Source of the DNA: Escherichia phage EC106
Direction: 5' to 3' (one strand)
DNA: 64,000 nt
Sequence record: ON210138.1
A program made the translations under genes and the position numbers. The notes beneath the pieces are model-generated. The model was not told the origin of the DNA. It made no database searches and saw only the letters and a program-made list of their open reading frames with translations. Below, piece after piece: positions 1-9,606 of the stretch (its first letter is position 1; each line of letters begins with the position of its first letter).

Positions 1-519
1 CTCAAAGGCTTTCATAGCCATACCCATAAACATAAATTGTGGTGACTCAAAAAGTCTTCCAGTTTTAATATCACGGATACCATACTTGTCTCTGAACTGT
101 TTCAATACTGCATAACCGTAAGAGATATCTTTTGAGTGTACGATGTAACCTTGCAGATATTCAAGCTCTTCCTGTGAATAATCCATCTTCTCCCAAAGTC
201 CTGCTCTCTCCATATTTTTAACGAAGGTAATCAGCGTAGGAACCTTAGTAAAGCCTCCAAAGGCTTCTTTGTAGATAATACCCAAAAGCAGTCGTCCAGC
301 CATATCTGAGTACTCTTGAGTTTGTTTATCAACACAAACATCAATCATGGCTTGGTGCATCTCTTTTGTAGTGCAACCCTCATAGACACGTTTCATAGCT
401 TCCATAGTGACTTCTGACCAGATAATTCCACGTTTATCTGCCCATGATGCCCACTTATTCAGTCTTTCTGGGTCAAAGCTTACTACTGTACCGTTTGATT
501 TTTTAATTGTCTTAATCAT
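1..519 (-). CDS. ribonucleotide reductase large subunit (NrdA-like), N-terminal part only; gene continues past window start
   Basis: Reverse translation from ATG at 519 gives MIKTIKKSNGTVVSFDPERLNKW..., an ATP-cone-like N-terminus; ORF is open to position 1. Not in the ORF track because it is truncated. Confidence 0.55.
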   Translation of the reverse strand, partial: MIKTIKKSNGTVVSFDPERLNKWASWADKRGIIWSEVTMEAMKRVYEGCTTKEMHQAMIDVCVDKQTQEYSDMAGRLLLGIIYKEAFGGFTKVPTLITFVKNMERAGLWEKMDYSQEELEYLQGYIVHSKDISYGYAVLKQFRDKYGIRDIKTGRLFESPQFMFMGMAMKAFE

Positions 520-565
520 TTTTGAGTCCTACAGATGAAAAGAGCCTCCGAAGAGGCTCCCTAGT

Positions 566-904
566 TTAAATCTTGAAAATTTGCTCATTCTGCCACATAT
601 CGTAAAACTTATCACTCACTTTTGTGACTGAAGAAGTGTGCATACAATTCAGGGAGAACCATGATGGTGTATTATCATACATAAGTGTTTCAAGTTTTTG
701 TGTAACGTTCACATCCATGTCTGCAACAACGTAATTACCTCGCATCTTGCAAACAATTCTTCCAAACAAGATTGCACTTCTGCCTCTTCGGTCATCACAG
801 TACATAACTGTGTCTCCGTGCTTAACATCTTGTCCGATACTATCAACACCTAATTTAGCACCTGAGATAATGTCATCATAAGATAGCTCTTTTGCTTTAG
901 ACAC
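566..904 (-). CDS. hypothetical protein
   Basis: 112 aa ORF, co-oriented and tightly packed with neighbours; no recognisable motif. Confidence 0.5.
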   Translation of the reverse strand: MSKAKELSYDDIISGAKLGVDSIGQDVKHGDTVMYCDDRRGRSAILFGRIVCKMRGNYVVADMDVNVTQKLETLMYDNTPSWFSLNCMHTSSVTKVSDKFYDMWQNEQIFKI

Positions 905-1229
905 GGTATTTCTCCAAGTTTCTTTTTAGATACAACCAACCATCGTCAGTCCTTTCTACACCCATAAAGAGTGGAGCCATCACAACTTTCCCAAAAGTAT
1001 TTCTGTGTTGGCAGATTTCAAAGGAATACTCTTTCTCAATGTCAATCCCGTATTTGTACAGAACTGCTTTTAAAACTTGTTCATTGTCCAGAAGTGTATC
1101 TGGAGTCTCACCATATTTTTCTAGTAACGGGTCATTCATGAACACCGTCATAGAAATATTGTAGTTTGAGAAGTGGCTCTTCTGAGCCACACCCTCTTTA
1201 TTAATGTTCTGTGAATCCATTATAACCAA
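897..1229 (-). CDS. hypothetical protein
   Basis: 110 aa ORF overlapping neighbours by a few codons, typical phage packing. Confidence 0.5.
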   Translation of the reverse strand: MVIMDSQNINKEGVAQKSHFSNYNISMTVFMNDPLLEKYGETPDTLLDNEQVLKAVLYKYGIDIEKEYSFEICQHRNTFGKVVMAPLFMGVERTDDGWLYLKRNLEKYRV

Positions 1230-1956
1230 CCCCTTTTAACCAGCACTTCAGGTTATTGACATCATAATTCAGTTTCGGGTATGAGGTTACATGGAACTGC
1301 TCACCATCATAATAGACAATATCTGCAATCCATAGTCCATTCTCTTTACAGAAGTCTTTATCTGCTTTAGAAGTAATTGGATTAACTTCTACAAAACCAT
1401 CTACACCCAAATCCTTTAAGCTACCTACAATACCTTTGCAGATAACGCATGTCTCAGATACTACCACAAAAAGTTCTTGGCTTTCAAGTTCTACAATGTA
1501 TTCACCAAGCTGTACTTTAGGGAGATTCGATTGCTTCATAATCTTCCCATCTGCTGCACGAACAATCGCATACCACTCTTTACCATCAACTACTGACATT
1601 CTGATAATACACTCTTGACCAGTACGCTTTTCAATGTCTGCAAGACGTTTTAAAGCTTCTTCATAGTCATCTGTGTACTTCAGGTCATTATTATGGCAAA
1701 CAGCTTTCATAGCACCATTGTGGTCATGTTGTGACAGGTAAATCAAACCGTCAAGAACATATTGCAAATCTGCCTGAGCATCTAGTGTCTCAATGGGGTC
1801 TTTCTCTTCAATTGCTTTTACAAGCTCTTTTGCTTCTTCAAGCATACACAGAGATTGAGATTTTAAAGATTCCCAATACTCATTACTGTAAGGTTGCTTT
1901 TGAGTGTTTCCACAACGAAGGTTCCAGTTTTTTACTGATTCTCTTGAGTTAAACAT
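1201..1956 (-). CDS. hypothetical protein, possible MazG-like pyrophosphohydrolase N-terminal domain
   Basis: 251 aa; N-terminal LEEAKELVKAIEEKD...DAQAD resembles the EExxE...D motif pattern of MazG-type enzymes; weak. Confidence 0.4.
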   Translation of the reverse strand: MFNSRESVKNWNLRCGNTQKQPYSNEYWESLKSQSLCMLEEAKELVKAIEEKDPIETLDAQADLQYVLDGLIYLSQHDHNGAMKAVCHNNDLKYTDDYEEALKRLADIEKRTGQECIIRMSVVDGKEWYAIVRAADGKIMKQSNLPKVQLGEYIVELESQELFVVVSETCVICKGIVGSLKDLGVDGFVEVNPITSKADKDFCKENGLWIADIVYYDGEQFHVTSYPKLNYDVNNLKCWLKGVGYNGFTEH

Positions 1957-2180
1957 TCGGACTCCTTAAAATATCTGTTAACTTTTAGCTCTCGTGTTTC
2001 AATATATTCTAGATGCTCACGTAGCTCTTGGCGTTTAAGCATTAGGTGCTGCATTTGTGATTCAACAGCTTCAACTTCTTTAATTATTGATTCTCTAGCA
2101 TTTGCAAGAATGCGCTCAAGTTCTTCAATCTTACTGTCAACTTTTGCTACATGACTCACAGCTTTGCTTTTGTTAAACAT
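1932..2180 (-). CDS. hypothetical protein (coiled-coil)
   Basis: 82 aa charged helical ORF. Confidence 0.45.
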   Translation of the reverse strand: MFNKSKAVSHVAKVDSKIEELERILANARESIIKEVEAVESQMQHLMLKRQELREHLEYIETRELKVNRYFKESECLTQENQ

Positions 2181-2201
2181 TTTATTCTCTCTCAGTAGTT
2201 A

Positions 2202-2699
2202 TCAAGCACAATTTGCTTTCATGACCTTATGGATTCTTTTTTCAGCATCTTCATAAGTTTCTTTAGTAATAAACTTAATTGCTGCAATATTGGCATTGTA
2301 GAAGAGTCTGAGCTTCGAGTCAATCCTTTTTGTCATTACATCGAACTTGTGTTGAAGGTTTGCTTCACCATAAACTAGACCACCTTTTGTGTAGTAGGTC
2401 TGAATAATGTAAAAGTCAAAAAATTCTTTTCCAAAGCTCTCAATATCTTTTTTAATATACTCAGAAGAAGTCTCATAAGTCATCCAATCACTTTCCTTAG
2501 TGACTACCTTCTTCCGAGTCTTACCAGCAACTTTTCGTTTGGTCACACTATTAAGTTGTTTTTTACCCAAATAGTACTGTCCAGTCTTTTTGCAGTACAC
2601 TAGGTAGACAAAACCAAAGTGCTTTGCTGGGTCAACTTCCCCACATAAAGATACCCAATGGCCATAGGTGGGACAATTGCCAAATCCTTTAATCTTCAT
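2202..2699 (-). CDS. hypothetical protein with GIY-YIG-like motif
   Basis: 165 aa; segment GFVYLVYCKKTGQYYLGKK resembles the GIY...YIG pattern; low certainty. Confidence 0.4.
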   Translation of the reverse strand: MKIKGFGNCPTYGHWVSLCGEVDPAKHFGFVYLVYCKKTGQYYLGKKQLNSVTKRKVAGKTRKKVVTKESDWMTYETSSEYIKKDIESFGKEFFDFYIIQTYYTKGGLVYGEANLQHKFDVMTKRIDSKLRLFYNANIAAIKFITKETYEDAEKRIHKVMKANCA

Positions 2700-3729
2700 T
2701 CATACAAGGCTCCCAATTATATTTCTTAAAAGTGAAATCGTCTTTCTTATTTCTTTCCTGATAAGCTAAGAAAAAGTGTTGCTGCATTAACTCTAAAGGT
2801 GTTCTGGTAATTGTTTGTCCATCCCACGAGACATAAGTGTATGACTCTTTCTTAGCGTAAAGCTCATAAATTGCATCAAGACACTCTTTGTAAGTGGTTT
2901 TACCTTCAAGGGCTTTCATTATAGTAGCCTTACCAACACCCTTTAAACCAAAATAATTATCCGCATTATCACCAGCCACAGCTTGGTAACAAAGGAATTT
3001 AAAACCTACCCCAACTGTCTTCTTAGCTTTTGGTGTCGATTTTATTGGGCAATCCCAAATTTCACCAACGTTGTTATCAGCAATGAAAATCAAAGGTGAC
3101 TTTTCATAGGTCATATCAATACAGTAAGTCCCTTCAGCTTGGCGAAGGTCTTTATCAATACTCATTAAGGCAGCCTTTTTTCCCATCTTTTCAGCTTTAG
3201 CAATAACGATAGAGTCAGCTTCAAATCCATCAAGAATCAATTTGAACTCTGGTCTTGACAGAAGATACTCACGACAAGCAACTAAGTGTGTTGGTGTGAC
3301 AGCATCTTTACGGTTACCTTGATATTGGTGCTCAAGACCTTTAATGTCTTTATGTTTATGCACACCTTTCTCTGTTAAATAACCTACCCAAGTTCTCTCT
3401 TTACCAACAACCTTAAGCCATTCCTGAAGCACCTGTTGAGTAGCCATGATAGCTTCTTTTTCACTCTTAGCTTCTTTCCAAGTCTGTCTTTCCCATTCAT
3501 CTTCATCAAATGTCAGGCCAAGTTCTTCCACAAGGATTCTCTGGTCTGCTAACCATCTTGCAGCATCTTTTGCATTATCAAATGGTTCAGATTCTTCTGC
3601 TGTGAGTTTATTGACGTATTTATATTTTGCTTTCTCAACTACACAAGCACCTTTATAGGCAATGCTGTCAGAGTCAATAAAAACATGTGTAACTGAATCG
3701 GGAAGTTTTGTTAATGTGTACTTCTCCAT
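2689..3729 (-). CDS. 5'-3' exonuclease / flap endonuclease (FEN, RNase H-like)
   Basis: 346 aa; N-terminal acidic cluster VFIDSDSIAYKGA and helix-3-turn-helix motif GDNADNYFGLKGVGKATIMKAL typical of T5 D15 / Pol I 5' nuclease family. Confidence 0.7.
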   Translation of the reverse strand: MEKYTLTKLPDSVTHVFIDSDSIAYKGACVVEKAKYKYVNKLTAEESEPFDNAKDAARWLADQRILVEELGLTFDEDEWERQTWKEAKSEKEAIMATQQVLQEWLKVVGKERTWVGYLTEKGVHKHKDIKGLEHQYQGNRKDAVTPTHLVACREYLLSRPEFKLILDGFEADSIVIAKAEKMGKKAALMSIDKDLRQAEGTYCIDMTYEKSPLIFIADNNVGEIWDCPIKSTPKAKKTVGVGFKFLCYQAVAGDNADNYFGLKGVGKATIMKALEGKTTYKECLDAIYELYAKKESYTYVSWDGQTITRTPLELMQQHFFLAYQERNKKDDFTFKKYNWEPCMNED

Positions 3730-3791
3730 TATGGCTCTCCATATGAAAAAGCCCCATACTAAGTACAGGGCTTTAAAGTAACTTTTAGAGA

Positions 3792-4658
3792 TTAGTCTTC
3801 TGTATCGAAGTCTTCATCTTCTTCGTCATCTGGGTCTGGCAAATCTTCATCATCACCGTCATCAGAATCATCAGAATCATTCGAAGGTTTGTGGTCTGTT
3901 GCGTCTTCTTCAGTGATTTCACCGTTATCTTCAACACCATCAAGACCAAGCATAGCCAGTTCATCTTCATCCAGTTCAGGTTCACCATTAGCACCGTTAC
4001 CACCAGTGTAAGGTACAAGAGTATCAATGATAAACTGTTCCTGAATAGGTTTTGTCAGAACATTGTTCTCAAAAGTGTAGAAGTGAGTAGAAAGAATCAC
4101 ACTACCAAAAGAACCGTTACCAACTGCGATATCTGGATGAATTACATCATAGTCCTTATCATCTTCATGTTTATCAGATGCTTGAGCTTTGATTTTCTTC
4201 ATCGGTTGTTTAACAGCTACACGCTTACCATTTACTTCTTCAATAAGCATAACAGGGAATGACTGTTTAGCTGTCCATACAGCACCATCTTTATAAGCTG
4301 CTGCACGACTTACTTTCAAGATGTAGTAAGTGTCTGCTTCAAAAGGTGGCTTACAACCAAACTTCTCTTCGAAGTCGTCTGCATCAACTGATTCAGTAGT
4401 GACTTTATCCCAGCCTTCTGGATTTTTCTTAGATTTAGTAAACTCTTTAAACAGTTTGTTACCGTCTTCTGCCAGAATTGATACGCTGTAGTTACAGTCT
4501 TTGCCTGGGAATTTCTTATCAATGGATTTACCTTTTCCCGGACGTGGTGAAGTGTTCAGGTAATAAAACCAGACATCTTTCAGCAGGTAACGCAGAGTTT
4601 GACGTTCAGTACCGTTGTACTTCTCTACCGGAGCTTTCATTTTAACAACTTTAGACAT
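3792..4658 (-). CDS. putative ssDNA-binding protein with acidic C-terminal tail
   Basis: 288 aa ending in DDSDDGDDEDLPDPDDEEDEDFDTED, like the acidic tail of T7 gp2.5-type SSBs; sits in the replication module. Confidence 0.4.
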   Translation of the reverse strand: MSKVVKMKAPVEKYNGTERQTLRYLLKDVWFYYLNTSPRPGKGKSIDKKFPGKDCNYSVSILAEDGNKLFKEFTKSKKNPEGWDKVTTESVDADDFEEKFGCKPPFEADTYYILKVSRAAAYKDGAVWTAKQSFPVMLIEEVNGKRVAVKQPMKKIKAQASDKHEDDKDYDVIHPDIAVGNGSFGSVILSTHFYTFENNVLTKPIQEQFIIDTLVPYTGGNGANGEPELDEDELAMLGLDGVEDNGEITEEDATDHKPSNDSDDSDDGDDEDLPDPDDEEDEDFDTED

Positions 4659-4729
4659 TATTTAAACCTCTATCTCAATTTATGAAGAGTACCAATTCTA
4701 GTTTATTGATACCCTATTGTCAAATACTA

Positions 4730-4879
4730 ATTACTGGAAGTTGTGCTTATCTTTAGAAGCTGCTTTACGTGCAGTTTTTCCAGTTCTTACACGTTTTTCT
4801 TCATAGTATTTTGCTGGTTTTCCAGCAGTGGCTTTTAAGGAATCCCCAAAAACTTTTTCAAATGCTTTAGAGTGTTTCA
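4730..4879 (-). CDS. small basic hypothetical protein (about 49 aa)
   Basis: Hand-translated ATG ORF MKHSKAFEKVFGDSLKATAGKPAKYYEEKRVRTGK...; below the track size cutoff. Confidence 0.3.
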
Positions 4880-5132
4880 TGATATTCTCCGATATACTTG
4901 ATATTCAAACACATTTTCTTTCATTATAAACAGCCAACTAATGTTATACTGAGGCAGCGAAATGATGACTGTAATCATGCTTTGGTGGAAATCTTCTTTT
5001 ATCTCAACTCCACCATTGCATTTCATGAGGAGCATTCTATAGAACCTATCAATCTTTGTCAAACACTCTTCCTGAAATTTATTTAAACTTTTTTCTTCAA
5101 AGAAGGGTGTGAACCCCTCTCTTTTATAGCTA

Positions 5133-7124
5133 TCACTCAGTTTCGAATGGGCAGTCATCTGCATCCTCACTTAATACAGGTGGAATCGTTGAGCTTTGAC
5201 GCTGCTCTTCAGTATAGACTTCACCAGTCTCACGGTCAAACACTTCATCCTCATAATGTGGCAAAGAGTCATCATAATGGTCTTCAGCTTCACCAATACC
5301 AAACTGTTGGCGAATATTTTCTGCTGCGCCATCAATGTCAACTCCACAACCAGATGCTTTGATGAGGCGTCCTGTATCTGGATTGTACCAAGTATGACCA
5401 GCAATACCCGTTGACTTACCGTGACGACGACACTTAGTTAACTTGATTTTTGTCAAGTTTTTCTTAACAGGGTCTGGGTCAACCTTGTTACGCATTAACA
5501 GAATGTTGTTCATAGAAATCTGGAAATACGCACCAGAACCTTTAATATCCTCTTCAGAGATATCTCCACCTTCGGAGTTAGCCTTCTGACCACCTGCACT
5601 TTTACGAACGTGACAGACGTTTACCTGTGCATACTGGTAGCGTTTACAACGACGCAATAGCTCAGACAAAACTTCCTCTTCATCCGTATCTGAACGTGAC
5701 AGAGCCAACGTAATAGGGTCAAGAATAATAATCTTACAGTCTAAACTGTTAACAAGATAGTCAACAAATTCCAGCAGGTTATCTTGGTCAATTGCACCTT
5801 GATGGTCAACGATGTGGATACGACGACCTTTAGACAGTTCTGCATGTGCTTCCTTCAATTCATCCCAATCACGTTCGTCATAAGGAATCTCAGAAATCTG
5901 CTTGCTCAGGTGGATTGCACAGAGCATCTCCATCAACTCTTCATATGTATCTTCGACAGGAATTACACCAATATTATAATCAGTTTCTTTCCAAGCAGTG
6001 TAAATCATTTCACGGGTATATGCTGATTTACCTACTGAAGATGGTGCTGCCAGAGTTGTAATCTCACCTAAACCATAACCACCATAAGTCAGTCTGTTCA
6101 AATCTCCGAAAGATTCTGGGAAAGGAATCAATGGAATCTGACCACGATTCTTCATTGCCTCAAAACCATCTGCGAAGTTCTTGATACCAGCAGGACAGTA
6201 ACGAGGTGCATTGTAGATACGCTGCTTAAATCCTTCCAGAACTGTATCTTTCTCTTTATAGAACTTTGTCCACCACTCGTTAAGGTCTTTTACACCCTCT
6301 GGATACTGGAATAAACGAACCTTCTCGATAGGGAGAATGCCAGCAGCCTCTTTAGTGGCTTTAGCACCTGCTTCATCGTTATCAAAGCACAAGTAAATCT
6401 CATCAAATGATGTAATGTACTGATAGTTATCCTTGATAGACTTGATGTTTGCACCTAATGGAACAGATACGTGACAGTAATTTTTACGACGAGACTTGTC
6501 TTTAATCGCAAGAGAAGTCATATAGATTGCTGTCGCACATTCCATCTCACCTTCCCAGATGAATAGACGGTTACCACCTTCTGGAGCAATCCATGAACCG
6601 AACATCGCCAGTTCACCTTTAATGTCTCCAACACCACCTGAGAAGTCTTTTAGCTTACCTCGTAGGTGTTCTTTTGGATGGTCTTCTGGGTAACGGTGAC
6701 GAACACGGTAGCCAACATGTTCTAGCTTGCCATCTTCATTGCGTTTGTAAGTTGGGTAGAAATGTGCGTCAATTTCACCGTCACTGTCAATGTCAACCTT
6801 AATACCCAAACGCTCAAGAACTTTTGCAGGAATCTTCCTGTCCTTTAAGTCCATTGCTTCAAGGTTTTCTTTTACATCACCTAAATCCATTCCACGGAAA
6901 GTACGGTTTTTATTATCTGAACCAGTAGAATAAGTGCTCACGATTTGTCCTTTATCAAAATCCCACTCTGGGAAACCTTTGTTACAGCTAAAGCAAGTCA
7001 TCGAATAAGAATCATCGTCATGGTGGTAGATTGAACCAGCATCTGATGAACCACAACGTGGACATGCACAATGACCAATAAACTGACCAGCCTCTTTCAA
7101 TTTACGACCTTTAGACATTAACAC
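5133..7124 (-). CDS. bifunctional DNA primase-helicase (T7 gp4-like)
   Basis: 663 aa; N-terminal Cys4 zinc finger (CPRCGSS...CFSCNKG), TOPRIM-like FDNDEAG, Walker A GLGEITTLAAPSSVGKS in a DnaB-like helicase half. Confidence 0.85.
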   Translation of the reverse strand: MLMSKGRKLKEAGQFIGHCACPRCGSSDAGSIYHHDDDSYSMTCFSCNKGFPEWDFDKGQIVSTYSTGSDNKNRTFRGMDLGDVKENLEAMDLKDRKIPAKVLERLGIKVDIDSDGEIDAHFYPTYKRNEDGKLEHVGYRVRHRYPEDHPKEHLRGKLKDFSGGVGDIKGELAMFGSWIAPEGGNRLFIWEGEMECATAIYMTSLAIKDKSRRKNYCHVSVPLGANIKSIKDNYQYITSFDEIYLCFDNDEAGAKATKEAAGILPIEKVRLFQYPEGVKDLNEWWTKFYKEKDTVLEGFKQRIYNAPRYCPAGIKNFADGFEAMKNRGQIPLIPFPESFGDLNRLTYGGYGLGEITTLAAPSSVGKSAYTREMIYTAWKETDYNIGVIPVEDTYEELMEMLCAIHLSKQISEIPYDERDWDELKEAHAELSKGRRIHIVDHQGAIDQDNLLEFVDYLVNSLDCKIIILDPITLALSRSDTDEEEVLSELLRRCKRYQYAQVNVCHVRKSAGGQKANSEGGDISEEDIKGSGAYFQISMNNILLMRNKVDPDPVKKNLTKIKLTKCRRHGKSTGIAGHTWYNPDTGRLIKASGCGVDIDGAAENIRQQFGIGEAEDHYDDSLPHYEDEVFDRETGEVYTEEQRQSSTIPPVLSEDADDCPFETE

Positions 7125-7311
7125 CTCTTCGTTGTAGTTCTGCCTTCAATCCATTTTCAATCTTATCCAGTTCATGAATTTCATCTGCAATCTCTTTCCT
7201 TCGTGATTCAACTCTCTTAAGACGTTCAATCATTACCTCATTGGAAAGAGATGAGAGTTCCACTAAACGGTGGTCAATAACTTTAAAATTGTCTTTTACT
7301 CTCATCTTCAT
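7111..7311 (-). CDS. hypothetical protein (coiled-coil)
   Basis: 66 aa ORF co-oriented with primase-helicase. Confidence 0.4.
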   Translation of the reverse strand: MKMRVKDNFKVIDHRLVELSSLSNEVMIERLKRVESRRKEIADEIHELDKIENGLKAELQRRGVNV

Positions 7312-7319
7312 TCTCTCTT

Positions 7320-8063
7320 TTAAATCTTCAGGATAGCTCTTAGCTTACTTTCAAGGTCTGCAAGAGTACCATTATTATGAATAATGTCACGCTCATATTT
7401 TGTAGAAATTCCATTCTCTGAAACATGTGATGAAACTTTGCCCACATTGTCTCTTTTTACTTCAATGGTTTGGTGTGCAAATCTACTCAGCCACTCAGCT
7501 TCAGAGTCAAATCTTAAATCACTGATTAAAACAACACCTTCTTGATTTCTAAGTGAGCAAACGTCAAAGAAATTTACCATTCGTTTTTCGAGGTCTTTAG
7601 CCCAGAACTTGTCACCCATAACTTTACGGATAACTTCAGTGCCCCAAATCTGTTGAATTTGTCTTGATGAGAATTTATACTTATTGCTAAATCCCAGACG
7701 TGTTAATAGAGTCGGTTTAGCAACCTTCTTAAGCTCCATAATTAATCGTCCGGTTAGTTCTGAAATAAGCTTGAAATCCATATGGTAACGTTCGCCTTTG
7801 AAGGTAAACTCCATAGCTTCTGTAACTTTGAACATCAGTTCAGGATATGATAAGTCAAAAACCTGTGGAGTCTCTTTAGTTTCACCATACAGGTCATTCC
7901 AAGTTAGGTCAAATATCTTTGATGCAGATAGCTTAAGGTTGTCTGCATAAGCCATTACTGCAACATTGTAGCCGTACTCATCCTCTAAGATGTTCTTCAC
8001 AATAGAACATGATGTGTCTTTTCCAGAACGTGCCTTTCCAGTAAATGCAATAATATTACTCAT
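7320..8063 (-). CDS. deoxynucleoside monophosphate kinase (T4 gp1-like)
   Basis: 247 aa; N-terminus IIAFTGKARSGKDT matches the P-loop of T4-type dNMP kinase (GVKRSGKDT). Confidence 0.7.
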   Translation of the reverse strand: MSNIIAFTGKARSGKDTSCSIVKNILEDEYGYNVAVMAYADNLKLSASKIFDLTWNDLYGETKETPQVFDLSYPELMFKVTEAMEFTFKGERYHMDFKLISELTGRLIMELKKVAKPTLLTRLGFSNKYKFSSRQIQQIWGTEVIRKVMGDKFWAKDLEKRMVNFFDVCSLRNQEGVVLISDLRFDSEAEWLSRFAHQTIEVKRDNVGKVSSHVSENGISTKYERDIIHNNGTLADLESKLRAILKI

Positions 8064-8124
8064 TTTATCTCCCTTAATTACTAAAAAGCCCCCAACTAAG
8101 GAGGCTTGTAAGATTTATAAAGAC

Positions 8125-8925
8125 TTAGTGCAGTTGGTCAGCATACTCTTTTTCAGCCATAGCTGAGATTTGCTTCACAAAATCATCACCGAAGTTAATG
8201 CGTAGTTTCTCTTCAATGATTGAAGCACCAATGTTCACCAAAACATCATTGATTGCTTGCATACTGACGCCACCAGTCATCTCTTCAATGAACTCAATAC
8301 TCACACCCATCATCTGTGAAAGTTGGATTAGTGCAACAATATTCATCATCGTAGAGATAGCTGGAATCATCAGTGCAACTTTCACCTGAAGAGGTTCTAT
8401 ATCAGCTACAGAGTCATTTTCAACAGCTTCTTCCAAAGACTCTTTAGTTTGCTGGATAATCTCCTTGATTCGTGGGTTTAGTTCTTCTACGCCCCAATCA
8501 AGTTTTTCATATCGTGAAAGTTTCTCTTCCATACGCTTCTCAAGAGCAGCCATAACAGCACTTGTTGATGAGATAAGCGTATCAATAATGAAATCAGTGT
8601 CCTTAGTCAGCAACAGTTCCTTATCTTCATCTGACATTCTGATATAGTCATTCTTTTGCATTTCATAAAAAATGAACTCAGCAAGTGCATCAACACCAAC
8701 CGCAATAGATGCCAGAGCAAGTGTTTTGTCGCAAAGCATCATGTTGACCTGTTCTGCAAAAGCACCGTTATCAGACTTGTCTTCAGGCAAGTTATAGCTT
8801 GCAGGCATAAACTGTTCTGTGTAGTTATTACCACGAAGAATCATAGCCATGCTTTCTACGGCATTGATTAAAAATGCTTCGTCAACACCTTTCTCTTCAA
8901 GCATCTTTTCTACATCGTTATTCAT
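8125..8925 (-). CDS. hypothetical protein
   Basis: 266 aa ORF; no motif recognised. Confidence 0.5.
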   Translation of the reverse strand: MNNDVEKMLEEKGVDEAFLINAVESMAMILRGNNYTEQFMPASYNLPEDKSDNGAFAEQVNMMLCDKTLALASIAVGVDALAEFIFYEMQKNDYIRMSDEDKELLLTKDTDFIIDTLISSTSAVMAALEKRMEEKLSRYEKLDWGVEELNPRIKEIIQQTKESLEEAVENDSVADIEPLQVKVALMIPAISTMMNIVALIQLSQMMGVSIEFIEEMTGGVSMQAINDVLVNIGASIIEEKLRINFGDDFVKQISAMAEKEYADQLH

Positions 8926-8926
8926 A

Positions 8927-9349
8927 TTATTTCTCTCTCAGTTGGTTAAGTTTCTTTCTAGAACATTTTAAGTTTTCGGATGAAGAAAAGTCAAGTGTCT
9001 TTTCAGAACGTGGATAGTAGTGCCTATCCCAAGAAGTTTCAACATCGTTAATCAGTGACGCTAGATTACACAGGTCTGTACCACTTTGCAACCTCTTTTT
9101 AAGAGAATCTAGTAAAGCAACTGTGTCTTTAGCTTTACGTCTCGCTGTAGCAACATCTTTCATATGCTCAAATACAGAGCATTTTAAGTCATCTTCATAG
9201 TTTTCAGACAACTCTATTTCATGTTGTATATCAACCATTCTCCTGTGATGGTGAGCATATTCCCGTTGAGCAGCAATGTCAAGTTCTTCCAACTTCTGCA
9301 AAGCTCTAACAAAGTCAGCTATGTCTGGGTGAACAAACATTTTCTGCAT
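8927..9349 (-). CDS. hypothetical protein
   Basis: 140 aa ORF, first gene of the leftward unit at the divergent region 9350-9600. Confidence 0.5.
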   Translation of the reverse strand: MQKMFVHPDIADFVRALQKLEELDIAAQREYAHHHRRMVDIQHEIELSENYEDDLKCSVFEHMKDVATARRKAKDTVALLDSLKKRLQSGTDLCNLASLINDVETSWDRHYYPRSEKTLDFSSSENLKCSRKKLNQLREK

Positions 9350-9520
9350 GTAAGCCTCTTTTAAGTAACTATTAAGTTTTAATCTTTTATCTTAACGTAT
9401 TCTATACGTTATACTTTAAAGCTTTTTAAAAGCTATTAAATAATCTTTTAAGAGTTTTAAAGTATCTGTATAGTTAAACTGTTAAGTAACCTTTTAAGTA
9501 AAAACCCACTTCGCAAAGAT

Positions 9521-9575
9521 TAACACCTTGTCAAGTACATTGTCAACTTGCTTTTTATAATTTTTTGCAGTAATG
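9521..9575 (+). promoter_or_regulatory. divergent promoter region with conserved CCTTGTCAAGTACATTGTCAAC motif and TATAAT box
   Basis: Motif ACACCTTGTCAAGTACATTGTCAAC followed by TATAAT; the same motif recurs at 50737 and 59045. Confidence 0.45.
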
Positions 9576-9606
9576 TATGAGGTTAATGATTTTAGAGGGA
9601 GTAAAA

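Noticed and set aside
3446-3658. Antisense ORFs nested in long genes (for example 3446-3658, 5784-6061, 9898-10287, 20362-20556, 24102-24629, 29783-30028, 37538-37978)
   Set aside because: Each lies wholly inside a larger, motif-supported gene on the opposite strand and has low-complexity translation.
9577-9606. Polymerase start at 9577 as in the ORF track
   Set aside because: The ATG at 9607 has a strong GAGGGAG ribosome-binding site; the upstream codons are probably untranslated.
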